Shown: positions 8,897 to 19,661, counted from the stretch's first letter. The stretch is DNA of 33,602 nt from Nitrospinae bacterium RIFCSPLOWO2_12_FULL_45_22 (GCA_001803565.1 MHDQ01000011.1:1-33602), one strand, 5' to 3'. The notes: a model not told the origin generated them from the letters alone. Numbers and translations: made by a program.

Positions 8897-9026
8897 GGTA
8901 TGCACTTGACTCCAGTAACCATCCCGTGTATAACCTCCATGTATGGAGGACTACCCGAAAACCTTGCTGGAATTTGCAGAACGCTTTGCCACTGAAAAGG
9001 CATGTGTTGAATATGTAGGGTTAACC
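8897..9026 (+). mobile_element. IS1595-family transposase 5' remnant with probable left end
   Basis: ATG 8943 encodes [24 protein letters not shown], recognised as the N-terminus of IS1595-type transposases preceding the zinc ribbon; preceded by GGTATGCACTTGACTCCAGTAACC as candidate terminus. Confidence 0.65.
8906..8934 (+). promoter_or_regulatory. Near-consensus sigma70 promoter inside the IS end, facing glgB
   Basis: TTGACT (8906-8911)-17 bp-TATAAC (8929-8934). Confidence 0.6.
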
Positions 9027-11039
9027 ATGCCCCAACAAGACACGAAAAGAGCCGAAATGAACGGACCTCATGCAAGTCTCCTTACGGATCATGATGTCTA
9101 TCTCTTTAAAGAAGGGAGTCATTTTAGACTTTACGACAAACTGGGCTCCCACCCCGTGATCCTCGATGGAACCCAAGGCACCTACTTTGCTGTATGGGCC
9201 CCTAATGCCGAGAGTGTCTCCGTCATAGGGGGTTTTAACAATTGGGAACCAGAAAAAAACCGCTTAAAAGTAAGAGGGGATGAATCGGGCATATGGGAAG
9301 GTTTTTTCCCTGCTATAGAAAAAGGGACAACCTATAAATATCATATAATATCGCGATACAATAACTATAGGGTTGATAAAGGTGATCCCTATGCCTTTTA
9401 TTGGGAAACACCTCCTCAAACGGCTTCCATTGTATGGGACCTGGGTTATGAATGGAAAGATGATGAATGGATGAAAAACAGGCATAAATCCAATGCCCTT
9501 GATGCCCCCATTGCCATTTATGAAGTTCATCTCGGCTCGTGGAGGCGCGTTCCTGAAGAAGGAAACAGGTCTCTCACCTATAGAGAAATGGCACCTTATC
9601 TGACAGACTATGTCAAGGAGATGGGGTTTACCCATGTAGAGTTTTTGCCCATTATGGAGCATCCCTTCTATGGCTCATGGGGATATCAGACCATAGGTTA
9701 TTTTGCGCCCACCAGCAGGTATGGTTCCCCCCAGGATTTTATGTACCTGGTTAATTATCTGCATCAAAATGGGATAAGTGTTATTCTTGACTGGGTGCCC
9801 TCTCACTTTCCCTCTGACGAGCATGGACTTGCCTATTTTGACGGCACATATCTCTATGAGCATACCGACCCAAAGAAGGGATATCATCCAGAGTGGAATA
9901 GTTATATTTTTAATCATGGCAGGTATGAGATAATGGCATTTCTTATCAGTAGCGCCATTTTCTGGCTTGATAAATACCATATTGATGCCCTCAGGGTGGA
10001 TGCCGTAGCGTCAATGCTCTACCTTGACTATGCCAGGAAAGAGGGTGAGTGGATACCCAATAAATATGGTGGTAGGGAAAATATAGAAGCCATAACCTTT
10101 ATAAAAAGATTAAATGAAGCAATCTACGGAAGCTATCCTGATGTTCAGACTATAGCCGAAGAGTCAACAGCATGGCCCATGGTCTCGAGACCAGCATATG
10201 TTGGTGGCCTTGGTTTTGGTATGAAATGGAATATGGGATGGATGCACGACACCCTGGATTATTTTTCCACAGACCCTATTTACAGAAAGCATTATCATAA
10301 CCAGCTTACCTTTAGCATATGGTATTCTTTTTCAGAAAATTTTATCCTCCCCTTCTCTCACGATGAGGTGGTTTACGGAAAAAGTGCCCTCATAGGCAAA
10401 ATGCCCGGAGATGAGTGGCAGAGCACTGCCAATTTGAGGCTTTTATATGGATATATGTATGGCCATCCGGGGAAAAAACTCCTATTTATGGGAGGGGAAT
10501 TTAGCCAATGGAGAGAGTGGAATCACGATGAGAGTTTGGAATGGCATGTCCTCCAATATCCCTTTCATCAAGGAATACAAAGATGGCTCAGAGACCTAAA
10601 CCACTTCTATCGAACCGAGCCGGCGCTGTATGAATTGGATTTCTCAATGGAGGGTTTTGAATGGATAGACTTTTGTGACTGGGAACATAGCATCATAAGC
10701 TTTTTAAGAAAAGGGAAAGACCCCCGTAGCATAATCCTTGTTGTTTGCAACCTCACACCGGTTCCAAGGCATAACTACCGAGTTGGGGTGCCGCTGGGCG
10801 ACTTCTGGAGAGAAGTTCTAAATAGCGATGCTAAAATATATGAAGGAAGCGGCCAGGGAAACTTTGGTGGTGTTGAGGCAACTCCCATACCAGCTCATGG
10901 AAGACACCACTCCCTGTCTTTGACCCTACCTCCCTTAAGTGTCTTATTCTTTAAAAATAAAGAAAGTTGCCTCGTGAGACCTATCCCCACCCCAAGGGAC
11001 GGGGTATTACGGCCTCACGAAAAGACGGCAACTTTCTAA
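9027..11039 (+). CDS. glgB: 1,4-alpha-glucan branching enzyme (GH13, short type)
   Basis: [48 protein letters not shown] catalytic motifs. Native start probably ATG 9027; the ORF extends to 8943 through the IS relic. Confidence 0.95.
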   Translation: MPQQDTKRAEMNGPHASLLTDHDVYLFKEGSHFRLYDKLGSHPVILDGTQGTYFAVWAPNAESVSVIGGFNNWEPEKNRLKVRGDESGIWEGFFPAIEKGTTYKYHIISRYNNYRVDKGDPYAFYWETPPQTASIVWDLGYEWKDDEWMKNRHKSNALDAPIAIYEVHLGSWRRVPEEGNRSLTYREMAPYLTDYVKEMGFTHVEFLPIMEHPFYGSWGYQTIGYFAPTSRYGSPQDFMYLVNYLHQNGISVILDWVPSHFPSDEHGLAYFDGTYLYEHTDPKKGYHPEWNSYIFNHGRYEIMAFLISSAIFWLDKYHIDALRVDAVASMLYLDYARKEGEWIPNKYGGRENIEAITFIKRLNEAIYGSYPDVQTIAEESTAWPMVSRPAYVGGLGFGMKWNMGWMHDTLDYFSTDPIYRKHYHNQLTFSIWYSFSENFILPFSHDEVVYGKSALIGKMPGDEWQSTANLRLLYGYMYGHPGKKLLFMGGEFSQWREWNHDESLEWHVLQYPFHQGIQRWLRDLNHFYRTEPALYELDFSMEGFEWIDFCDWEHSIISFLRKGKDPRSIILVVCNLTPVPRHNYRVGVPLGDFWREVLNSDAKIYEGSGQGNFGGVEATPIPAHGRHHSLSLTLPPLSVLFFKNKESCLVRPIPTPRDGVLRPHEKTATF

Positions 11040-11140
11040 AAAGGCTAATCGTGCAGAAGATAGTGTTATGCCCTGGTAACATATTTTTTTTGAGAGGATG
11101 CCATTCCTCCCCGCCGCAAGCAACGGGGTATCCTGGCATA
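10961..11140. mobile_element. Non-autonomous IS200/IS605-type element with two subterminal hairpins
   Basis: Hairpins ATCCCCACCCCAAGGGACGGGGTATT and GCCATTCCTCCCCGCCGCAAGCAACGGGGTATCCTGGC; long stem AGAAAGTTGCC/GGCAACTTTCT (10961-11037); no transposase. Confidence 0.6.
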
Positions 11141-11145
11141 TTCTC

Positions 11146-12675
11146 ATGAAAAGAAGAGCGAGCGGTATCCTGCTACATATCACCTCCCTCCCTTCACCTT
11201 ACGGGATAGGCGATCTCGGACCGCAAGCGTACCGCTTTACGGATTTTCTTGCGGAGACCCAGCAGGGATTCTGGCAGATTCTTCCCCTAAATCCAACCAG
11301 AATCGAGTTTGGCAATTCACCCTATAGCAGCCCCTCAGCCTTTGCCGGGAATCCGCTACTCATCAGTCCCCTACTCCTCGCAGAAGACGGTCTCTTATCT
11401 AAGGCGGAGATCAAAGAACCCCCTCCCCTTCCTGGGAATCGGGTTGATTACCCGTCCGTCATCAAATATAAAGAGGAACTCTTCCAGAAGGCCTATACAA
11501 ACTTTAAAGATAAAAGGAAAGAGGATGACGAATTTGAGCGCTTCTGCAAGGAAAACGACTACTGGCTCGAGGAGTATGCCCTTTTTTTAGTATTAAAGGA
11601 GCATTTTAAGAAAAAAATTTGGCATAGATGGCCCCGATTACTAAGGGACCGGGATTCAAAGGAGCTATCCCAATGGAAGGAAAGGCTGAGGAGCCAGATA
11701 GAGCGGGAAAAACTCCTCCAGTATCTCTTCTTTAAACAGTGGTTTCTCCTTAAAGCATGCTGCAACCGCAAAGGCATCCAGATAATTGGTGATATCCCCA
11801 TATATGTCAGTTACGACAGCGCTGATGTCTGGTCAAATCCTGATCTCTTCAAGTTAGATGAAGAAAAGAGGCCCCTCGTTGTTGCTGGAGTCCCTCCCGA
11901 TTACTTCAGTTCTACAGGACAACTCTGGGAAAATCCTATCTATCACTGGGAGGTCTTAAAAGAGAGGGGATACGACTGGTGGATAAGGCGCGTGGCCCAT
12001 AACCTGATGCTCTTTGACATCGCCCGATTAGACCACTTCAGGGGCTTTGCGGATTACTGGGAGATACCAGCAACGGAACCGAACGCCATAAAAGGGAGAT
12101 GGGAGAAAGGGCCGGGAGATGACTTTTTCAACGCCCTCCAGAAATACTTTCCCTCCCTCCCTTTTATCGCCGAGGACCTGGGAATAATTACAGACGAAGT
12201 TCATGAATTGCGCGACCGCTTTGGATTTCCTGGTATGCGTATACTCCAGTTTGCCTTTGCAGACGACTCTCCGACACATCCCTATAAACCCATCAACTAC
12301 ATCGAAAACTGTGCCGCCTATACCGGGACGCATGACAACGATACCTTTATAGGCTGGCTTTATGGAAGCAAGGACTATTCTGCCAGGAAGCCCGAGGCCG
12401 TCTGCCGGGAGAGGGAAAACGCTTTACGTTACCTGGGGTATAAAGGTAAAGAGAGAAAAGATATCCATTGGGAGTTTATCCGCCTACTGATGGCCTCCAG
12501 GGCTAACCTGGTCATGTTCCCTATGCAGGACCTACTAGGTCTGGGTGAGGAAGCAAGGATGAATCGCCCGGGAGAGGCTGAAGGGAATTGGGAGTGGCGG
12601 CTCATGCCCGAACAGTTAAGCCCTTCTCTGAGAAAAAAACTCTCGGAAATGACTGAAGTTTATGGAAGGCTATGA
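11146..12675 (+). CDS. malQ: 4-alpha-glucanotransferase (amylomaltase, GH77)
   Basis: MKRRASGILLHITSLPSPYGIGDLG, AGVPPDYFS, RLDHFRGF, IAEDLG, YTGTHDNDT; homology begins at ATG 11146. Confidence 0.95.
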   Translation: MKRRASGILLHITSLPSPYGIGDLGPQAYRFTDFLAETQQGFWQILPLNPTRIEFGNSPYSSPSAFAGNPLLISPLLLAEDGLLSKAEIKEPPPLPGNRVDYPSVIKYKEELFQKAYTNFKDKRKEDDEFERFCKENDYWLEEYALFLVLKEHFKKKIWHRWPRLLRDRDSKELSQWKERLRSQIEREKLLQYLFFKQWFLLKACCNRKGIQIIGDIPIYVSYDSADVWSNPDLFKLDEEKRPLVVAGVPPDYFSSTGQLWENPIYHWEVLKERGYDWWIRRVAHNLMLFDIARLDHFRGFADYWEIPATEPNAIKGRWEKGPGDDFFNALQKYFPSLPFIAEDLGIITDEVHELRDRFGFPGMRILQFAFADDSPTHPYKPINYIENCAAYTGTHDNDTFIGWLYGSKDYSARKPEAVCRERENALRYLGYKGKERKDIHWEFIRLLMASRANLVMFPMQDLLGLGEEARMNRPGEAEGNWEWRLMPEQLSPSLRKKLSEMTEVYGRL

Positions 12676-12944
12676 TCCCATTGCCCTTAGCCTAGCGCCC
12701 ATCGCCCAGGATGCCTCTTGCCTCATCCAAAAGATATTGCGATAACCCCTTTCTGCTTCTACGGCTATAAAAGAGAAAGGGGACTCACCTCCCTTTACCG
12801 TCCTTAACTGATCCAAATTTATACCTTCCTTTGCTAATCCTATTACCGGGAATGACACCGATCGCTCCTTGAAAACCGCTAGTAACTGTGTTAATTATTA
12901 ACTCTGGATTAAGATGGCGTGGTAAAAAGGTTAATTTCCTTTTT

Positions 12945-13005
12945 GGACGCAGATAAGCGCAGATTTTTAGAAGAGTAAGCCGTGAGGAGTGGCGAATCTG
13001 CGGCC
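12945..13005. repeat. Nonamer-type palindromic intergenic repeat
   Basis: GGACGCAGATAAGCGCAGAT ... ATCTGCGGCC, 9/10 inverted match, 9-bp period. Confidence 0.5.
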
Positions 13006-13021
13006 TAAATATAATTTAACG

Positions 13022-14593
13022 ATGCGAATACGAGATATAGTCTTAGCCGCCATAACCGGGATAATATTAGTCCTTCTTTTCCCTAAATTCAATAGGGAGC
13101 TTTTAGCCTGGGTAGCGCTAATTCCTTTACTTTATGCATTATGGGACAAGCCAGTTGTCCAGTCTTTCTGGTTGGGTTGGTTAGCCGGGGTCATCTATTT
13201 CGGAGGGGTTCTATATTGGGTCACCAATACCATGGTGAATTATGGCGGGTTACCCATCGTGATTAGCTTCCTGCTTTTACTCCTCCTGGTAACCTATTTA
13301 GGGCTTTATGTAGCTCTATTTAGCTTGTTACTGAATTTTTTGGTCCGTAGGATATTGCTCTTCTATGCTATTCTTCCACCCTTCCTTTGGACTTCGTTGG
13401 AGCTGATAAGGGCACATTTTCTCACAGGTTTTCCCTGGGCTAGTTTAGGTTACAGTCAGTTCTTAACCCTACCTATCATCCAGATAGCCGATATTACCGG
13501 GGTGTATGGGGTATCTTTCTTGATTGTCTGGATCAATGCGGCCCTGGCGGCCCTGGTAATTGGGTTAAAAGAGAAGCAATTGTCAGTTCCCCGGGCACTG
13601 TTCCTGGGGCTAGCACCCCTTTTGGTATTGCTCTCAGCCCTGGTTTATGGACAATGGACGATAGGGCAATACCCTCTTCCAGGGGGCAGAGATAAGGGGA
13701 TAAAGGTCGCTATTATTCAGGGCAATATTGAGCAGGATGCCAAATGGGACCCGGCATATCAGGATCAGGTGGTTAATATTTATGAAGGGTTGAGCCTGGC
13801 TTGTTCAACGGCTCAGCCCCACCTTATTGTCTGGCCAGAGACCGCCACGCCATTTTTTTATCAGTCGGATACTAAGTATGCCCCTGAGATGGTTGCTATC
13901 GCCCGTCAAAGCCGTAGTTATTTACTTTTTGGCAGCCCCGCTTATCAGACTGCTGGCAAGGTGATAAAGATGTTTAATCGGGCCTATCTCCTCGCACCCC
14001 AGCAAGGGCTACTAGCGCAGTATGATAAGATTCATCTGGTGCCTTTTGGCGAATATGTGCCTGTGAAAAAGCTCCTACCGTTTGTCCAGAAGATGGTAGA
14101 GGGCATAGGCGATTTTTATAGCGGACAGGAGTTCACGGTTATGGCTATCCCCCAGGGTAGATTCAGTGTCCTAATTTGTTTCGAGATCATCTTCCCTGAT
14201 CTGGTACGCCAGTTCGTAAAGAGGGGGGCGCAGTTTTTGGCTAATATAACTAATGATGCCTGGTTTGGCCGCAGTGCAGCTTCTTATCAGCATATATCTA
14301 TAGGGAGCTTCAGGGCCGTCGAGAACCGGGTCTGTATTGTTCGGGCAGCTAATACCGGCATATCGGCTATCATAGACCCTTTAGGTAGGATTGGTAATGC
14401 CACTGAACTCTTTGTTCAGACTATGATCCAGGGGACTATATGGCCCAAAGGTAATACTACAACTTTTTATACTGCTTATGGTGATGTATTCGCTTATCTA
14501 TGCACCATTATAGTAGCTATTGCCTTAATTGCAAAAGCCATTAAAATAAGAAGCAGTGTTTTAATAGTTCAGCCACGAAGTGACACGAAGTAA
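13022..14593 (+). CDS. lnt: Apolipoprotein N-acyltransferase
   Basis: Multiple TMs, GFPW, QGNI, VWPETA, YDKIHLVPFGEY, LICFEIIF, TNDAWFG, RAVENR, RAANTGIS. Start ATG 13022 or GTG 12989. Confidence 0.95.
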   Translation: MRIRDIVLAAITGIILVLLFPKFNRELLAWVALIPLLYALWDKPVVQSFWLGWLAGVIYFGGVLYWVTNTMVNYGGLPIVISFLLLLLLVTYLGLYVALFSLLLNFLVRRILLFYAILPPFLWTSLELIRAHFLTGFPWASLGYSQFLTLPIIQIADITGVYGVSFLIVWINAALAALVIGLKEKQLSVPRALFLGLAPLLVLLSALVYGQWTIGQYPLPGGRDKGIKVAIIQGNIEQDAKWDPAYQDQVVNIYEGLSLACSTAQPHLIVWPETATPFFYQSDTKYAPEMVAIARQSRSYLLFGSPAYQTAGKVIKMFNRAYLLAPQQGLLAQYDKIHLVPFGEYVPVKKLLPFVQKMVEGIGDFYSGQEFTVMAIPQGRFSVLICFEIIFPDLVRQFVKRGAQFLANITNDAWFGRSAASYQHISIGSFRAVENRVCIVRAANTGISAIIDPLGRIGNATELFVQTMIQGTIWPKGNTTTFYTAYGDVFAYLCTIIVAIALIAKAIKIRSSVLIVQPRSDTK

Positions 14594-14852
14594 TTGCTGA
14601 ATATCTTGTGGGGAATTAATATCACCGCAGAAACGCAAAGAACGCAAAGAGGTTATTGGGTCATTGGGTGACTACGTTATTGCGCCATTACTTAATAACC
14701 CAATAACCCAATAACGTAATGACCTATTGGGGGTCTTTGCGGCTCTGCGGTTTAATGGTATTTTCCACAACTTATTGAATAATTACGACACGAGTGGTCG
14801 CTAAAAAACTAATAAGCCTTCATCCGTCAGCAACAAGACGCTGAACAATTAA
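14561..14852. mobile_element. Nested MITE-like elements (family B)
   Basis: Outer TIR TTAATAGTTCAGC/GCTGAACAATTAA (12/13); inner element 14590-14786 with GTAATT...AATTAC ends and 8-bp flanks GACACGAA/GACACGAG; inside, nonamer and octamer palindromic arrays. Confidence 0.75.
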
Positions 14853-14870
14853 CCTAGGAGAGGAGAAGAT

Positions 14871-15969
14871 ATGTTAGAAGATTTGAGTAAAAGGCTTTTT
14901 CCGTTAAAAGACAAATTAGAGGACTTGCGGGACTGTCTTTGACCTGGGAGGTAAGCAGATAGAGATAGATAAACTCAACCAGAAAATCTCCCGGTCGGAT
15001 TTTTGGATAGATAATGCACAGGCCCAGATAACCCTTAAGCAAAGGGCTGTCCTCTCAGATACTGTAGGGCAATGGGAAAATTTGGCTAAGCAACTAGAAG
15101 AGTGCCAGCTCATGATAGAACTAGCCCAGGAAGAAGGGGATTTGTCCTTAGGACTGGAGCTAGAGGAGGGAATCGGAACTTTAGAAAAAAAAGTACAAGA
15201 GATGGAGTTGGAAACTCTCCTGCCAGGGCCGCAAGACCTCAACAATGCAATCCTCTCTATCCATCCCGGCGCCGGAGGGACAGAATCGCAGGACTGGGCA
15301 GAGATCCTTTATTATATGTATTTGAAGTGGGCGGAAAAGAGGGGTTTTAAACTCGAGATTATTGACTGGCAGAACGGTGAGGAAGCGGGGATCAAAAGCG
15401 CCACTTTTTCTATTGCCGGTAGATATGCCTATGGATATCTTAAAGGCGAGACCGGCGTTCATCGCCTGGTGCGTATTTCCCCCTTTGATTTTAACCGGAG
15501 ACGTCATACTTCCTTTGCTTCAGTATTTGTCTATCCCGAGATAGATGAAGAAATAAAGATTGAGGTAGACGAGACGGACCTGCGGGTGGATACATTCAGG
15601 TCCAGCGGTGCAGGTGGGCAGCATGTTAATGTAACAGATTCGGCTGTAAGGATAACCCATCTCCCTACCGGGATTGTGGTTCAGTGCCAGAATGAGCGCT
15701 CCCAGCACAAGAATAAGGCTATGGCTATGAAGGTCTTACGGGCCAGACTCTACCAACTGGAGTTACGCAAGCAGACCGAGCAGATGGAGGAGAGGCATAA
15801 AAATAAGAAAGAAATTGCCTGGGGTAATCAGATCAGGTCTTATATCCTCTACCCCTATCGCCTGGTAAAAGACCACCGCACCGGTTTAGAAAAAGGGGAT
15901 GTAGATAAGGTCTTGAATGGTGAAATTAATGACTTTATTGAGGCATATCTGAAAAAGAGACTACCTTGA
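14871..15969 (+). CDS. prfB: Peptide chain release factor 2 (programmed +1 frameshift, ~365 aa)
   Basis: ATG 14871 gives 23 codons ending CTT TGA (14937-14942); the +1 frame from 14941 (DLGGKQ...) joins the 15082-15969 ORF with SPF and GGQ motifs. Confidence 0.96.
14928..14943 (+). promoter_or_regulatory. RF2 autoregulatory frameshift site
   Basis: CGGGAC TGT CTT TGA C; canonical CTTTGAC slip site. Confidence 0.92.
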
Positions 15970-16020
15970 CGCTGAGGGGCAATTTGATTATACTGGTCAC
16001 TGATTATTTAAACTGATTAT

Positions 16021-16224
16021 TTAATTTGACATTGTTACATTAGGTAGATAAATCCTAATTTCGAAATTTTAAATCCTAAACAAATTCAAATGACCAAAAT
16101 TCAAAAGTTTAAAATGGTTTTGACATTTGGATTTAGGATTTTGATATTGTTTAGGGTTTAGTGCTTGGGATTTAGAGTTTGTTAAGCCGGGTTGCTCTCA
16201 GTAAATGTGACAATGTCAAGTTAA
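16021..16224. mobile_element. MITE-like element (family A TIR) filled with an inverted heptamer array
   Basis: TTAATTTGACATTGTTACATT ... AATGTGACAATGTCAAGTTAA; interior ~7-bp-period units (AAATCCT/AAATTCA) followed by their complement (ATTTGG/ATTTAGG). Confidence 0.75.
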
Positions 16225-16237
16225 GAGGGGGATATTA

Positions 16238-17722
16238 GTGGAGGAAAGCAACGTCCTGATTTCTCAACGTATAGAGAAGCTCAAGGAATTAAAAGGAGCG
16301 GGTATAAACCCCTACCCTAATAGATATAAGGTAACTGACTCTATTCAGGAAATGATTGAGAAATATGGTCCTCTTAACCAGCAAGAGCTTGAAGGGCAAA
16401 AAGATAATCACTGCCTGGCAGGTAGAATCATGAGCAAACGGGAGCATGGCCGTACCTCGTTCTGCCATATCCAGGATGGTAGTGGTAGGATTCAGATCTA
16501 TGTCAGGAAGGAGGATTTGGGAGAAAAGCAATTCGACATTTTCTCAAAGTTTGATGTTGGCGATTTTATTGGGGTAAAAGGCCCTATCTTTAAGACCAGG
16601 ACCGGCGAGTTGACTCAGTGGGCGAATGATATTACTCTCTTGTCCAAGTCTTTACGTCCCTTACCGGAAAAATGGCATGGATTAAAGGATATTGAAATTC
16701 GCTACCGCCAGAGGTATGTGGACCTCTTGATGAATCCTCAAGTTAAAAAGGTATTTCTGATCCGTAGTCGAATCATCCAAACGATCAGGGATTTTTTCAA
16801 TAAAAGAGGCTTCATAGAAGTAGAAACGCCTATGATGCAGCCCATTCCTGGTGGGGCATTAGCCCGGCCTTTCGTTACCCATCATAATGCATTAGATATG
16901 GACCTTTACCTTAGAGTAGCCCCAGAACTCTATCTGAAGAAGCTAATTGTGGGTGGCATGGAGAGGGTATATGAGATCAATAAAAACTTCCGTAATGAAG
17001 GACTCTCACGGGAACATAACCCCGAATTTACTATGTTAGAATTTTATATGGCCTATGCTGATTATAATGATCTTATGGTCCTAACCGAAGAATTACTATC
17101 GGGCTTAGCCCACCAAACCATGGGAAGCCTACGGATAAAGTTCAATGAACAAGAGATTGATTTTACTACTCCCTGGCTTAAGTTAAGTTTCTATCAGGCC
17201 CTTAGAGAAGTGGGCCAGGTAGACCCAGAGGTTTTACAAGAACGGGATGCGGCTTATAGATTCGCCGAGAATTTATCTCTCCATGTTCGTCCGGGCGATA
17301 ATCATGGCCAGATATTGGATAAGATCTTTGCCGAAATCGTGGAGCCCAAATTAATCCAACCTACTTTTATCCTGGATTATCCTAAAGAACTCTCCCCACT
17401 CTCTAAGTCTAAGGAAGACGATCCTAACCTGGTAGAGAGGTTCGAGTTCTTTATAGCGGGGAAAGAGATTGCCAATGCCTATACGGAATTAAATGACCCT
17501 CTTGACCAGAAGGAGAGGTTTATAACCCAGGCCCAGTCCCGGGAGTATGAATATGAAGAGTGCTTATGGATGGATAAAGATTTTATCTGGGCCTTAGAAT
17601 ACGGTATGCCCCCTACAGCGGGTGAAGGGATAGGGATTGATAGGCTGGTGATGGTCTTTACTGATTCTCCTTCAATCAAAGATGTAATCCTTTTCCCACA
17701 ATTGAAACTTGAAACTCCATAA
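16238..17722 (+). CDS. lysS: Lysine--tRNA ligase (class II)
   Basis: [60 protein letters not shown]. Confidence 0.98.
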   Translation: MEESNVLISQRIEKLKELKGAGINPYPNRYKVTDSIQEMIEKYGPLNQQELEGQKDNHCLAGRIMSKREHGRTSFCHIQDGSGRIQIYVRKEDLGEKQFDIFSKFDVGDFIGVKGPIFKTRTGELTQWANDITLLSKSLRPLPEKWHGLKDIEIRYRQRYVDLLMNPQVKKVFLIRSRIIQTIRDFFNKRGFIEVETPMMQPIPGGALARPFVTHHNALDMDLYLRVAPELYLKKLIVGGMERVYEINKNFRNEGLSREHNPEFTMLEFYMAYADYNDLMVLTEELLSGLAHQTMGSLRIKFNEQEIDFTTPWLKLSFYQALREVGQVDPEVLQERDAAYRFAENLSLHVRPGDNHGQILDKIFAEIVEPKLIQPTFILDYPKELSPLSKSKEDDPNLVERFEFFIAGKEIANAYTELNDPLDQKERFITQAQSREYEYEECLWMDKDFIWALEYGMPPTAGEGIGIDRLVMVFTDSPSIKDVILFPQLKLETP

Positions 17723-17730
17723 TTTAGGTT

Positions 17731-18960
17731 ATGCCTTACGAGCTGGATATAGGCCTTAGATACTTGAAGGCCAGAAGAAAACAGACTTTTATTTCCCTCA
17801 TTACCTGGATCTCTATTGCGGGGGTAACAGTAGGGGTAATGGCCTTGATCATTGTCCTGGCAGTAATGGCTGGGTTTGAGGAAGATTTGCGCAATAAGAT
17901 CCTGGGTACTAATTCCCATATTGTTATCTTAGAGCCTGGCAGCCCCGGCATGGCCCAATATCAAGGGGCCATTGATAAGGTGGAAAAGGTAGATCACGTC
18001 ATATCGGCTACCCCCTTCATTTATAGTCAGGCTATGCTCACCAGCACTGGCAGTGTTTCCGGAGTAGTTATTCGGGGAATAGACCCTTTACGGGAGGCCA
18101 GGGTTACTAATCTGGCAGAGAATTTAAAAGAAGGGTCTCTAACCGACCTTGAGAAAAACAATGGCGTAGGTGGAGGGGTAATCATAGGCCAGGAGTTAGC
18201 CCGTAATCTTGGGATATCTTTGGGGGAAGAGATTACCATCATATCACCTCTAGGGAAAATGACCCCCATAGGCATGGTGCCTCGAATGAAGAAGTTTTGG
18301 GTGGCAGGTATTTTTGATTCCGGTATGTATGAATATGATACTGGTTTAGCTTTTATCTCCTTGAAAAATGCCCAAAATTTCTTTAACATGGGAGATAGGG
18401 TAACGGGTATCGAAGTAAAAGTGGATGATATCTACAAGGCAGATAAAATAGCCAATAATATCCAAAAACTCTTAGGGGTACCTTATTGGGTCAGGGACTG
18501 GATGGAGATGAATAAAAACTTATTTTCTGCCCTAAAATTGGAGAAGGTGGTAATGTTTGTAATCTTAACCCTGATTGTCTTAGTGGCCGCCTTCAATATT
18601 ATCAGCACCTTAATTATGGTGGTTATGGAAAAGGGGAAAGATATAGCTATCCTGAAATCTATGGGCGCTACCAATAAAAGTATCATGAAAATCTTTATGC
18701 TGGAAGGTATAATAATTGGTGTAGCCGGGACTATTATCGGTGTCATAGGCGGTTATTTGGTATGCCACTTATTGGAAACTTACCATTTCATTAAACTCCC
18801 TAGTGATGTATATTATTTAGATACTCTTCCGGTAAAGATGGAAGGGGGGGATTTCCTGGTAGTAGCCTTAGCGGCTATTACTATAAGCTTCTTAGCTACT
18901 CTTTACCCTTCCTGGAATGCGGCCAGACTTAATCCAGTAGAGGCTATCCGGTATGAATAG
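17731..18960 (+). CDS. lolC: Lipoprotein-releasing ABC transporter permease (LolC/E family)
   Basis: IGLRYLKARRK...FISLI, LAVMAGF, AAFNIISTLIMVVMEK, DIAILKSMGA, YPSWNAARLNPVEAIRYE. Confidence 0.92.
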   Translation: MPYELDIGLRYLKARRKQTFISLITWISIAGVTVGVMALIIVLAVMAGFEEDLRNKILGTNSHIVILEPGSPGMAQYQGAIDKVEKVDHVISATPFIYSQAMLTSTGSVSGVVIRGIDPLREARVTNLAENLKEGSLTDLEKNNGVGGGVIIGQELARNLGISLGEEITIISPLGKMTPIGMVPRMKKFWVAGIFDSGMYEYDTGLAFISLKNAQNFFNMGDRVTGIEVKVDDIYKADKIANNIQKLLGVPYWVRDWMEMNKNLFSALKLEKVVMFVILTLIVLVAAFNIISTLIMVVMEKGKDIAILKSMGATNKSIMKIFMLEGIIIGVAGTIIGVIGGYLVCHLLETYHFIKLPSDVYYLDTLPVKMEGGDFLVVALAAITISFLATLYPSWNAARLNPVEAIRYE

Positions 18961-19649
18961 TGATAAAGGAAGAATCCTTGCTAATTCAAGCGGTTGATCT
19001 TCATCGGATATTTTTTGTGGGCCAGCAAAAGCTGTATGTGCTAAAAGGCATTAATTTAGAGGTGAAGGTGGGGGAGATGTTGGGCATAGTGGGCGCTTCG
19101 GGGGTAGGGAAGAGCACCCTTCTCCACCTTATGGGTACCCTGGATCGTCCTAACCAGGGTAAAGTCTTCTTTAATGGTTTTGACCTATTCTCCCTGGCTG
19201 ATGAAAAATTAGCCCATTTTAGGAACCAAAAAATAGGGTTTGTTTTTCAATTCCATCACCTATTACCAGAGTTTAGTGCCTTAGAAAATACCTTGATACC
19301 TGCCTTGATCAAGCGGGAGGACAAAAGAAAAGCACGGGAAAGGGCGGTAGAGCTCCTTACTGAGATAGGGTTGGGGCAGAGGTTACATAATAAACCGGGG
19401 GAGTTATCTGGTGGTGAACAGCAGCGGGTAGCAGTAGCCAGGGCCTTAATGAATGACCCAGAAATTATCCTGGCTGATGAACCGACCGGCAACCTTGACC
19501 GGCAGACCGGGGAAGCTGTTTTTCAGCTCCTATGCCGTTTAAATAAAGAAAAAGGTAAGACTTTTGTTATTGTCACCCATAGCCAGGAGATGGCTTTAAA
19601 GATGGATAGGGTATTAAAGTTAGTAGATGGTTCAATTTTAGCTGATTGA
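18960..19649 (+). CDS. lolD: Lipoprotein-releasing ABC transporter ATPase
   Basis: [44 protein letters not shown]. Confidence 0.93.
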   Translation: MIKEESLLIQAVDLHRIFFVGQQKLYVLKGINLEVKVGEMLGIVGASGVGKSTLLHLMGTLDRPNQGKVFFNGFDLFSLADEKLAHFRNQKIGFVFQFHHLLPEFSALENTLIPALIKREDKRKARERAVELLTEIGLGQRLHNKPGELSGGEQQRVAVARALMNDPEIILADEPTGNLDRQTGEAVFQLLCRLNKEKGKTFVIVTHSQEMALKMDRVLKLVDGSILAD

Positions 19650-19661
19650 TGGGGGGGTAAG

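Noticed and set aside
11915-11940. malQ GQLWENP instead of the usual GQLWGNP
   Set aside because: Single substitution with catalytic motifs intact; insufficient evidence of decay.
12670-12858. 62-aa minus ORF and weak heptamer run (TTGCCCT TAGCCTA GCGCCCA TCGCCCA) after malQ
   Set aside because: The C-terminal part translates a degenerate repeat and the rest has no recognisable homology; may be a gene relic but unsupported.
14630-14750. Short periodic repeats here and at 16050-16180, 25420-25500 and 29690-29770 as possible CRISPR arrays
   Set aside because: Periods of 7-9 bp, no unique spacers and no cas genes.
15999-16024. Tandem 13-bp duplication ACTGATTATTTAA
   Set aside because: Both copies are on the same side of the element, so not a target-site duplication; probably slippage.
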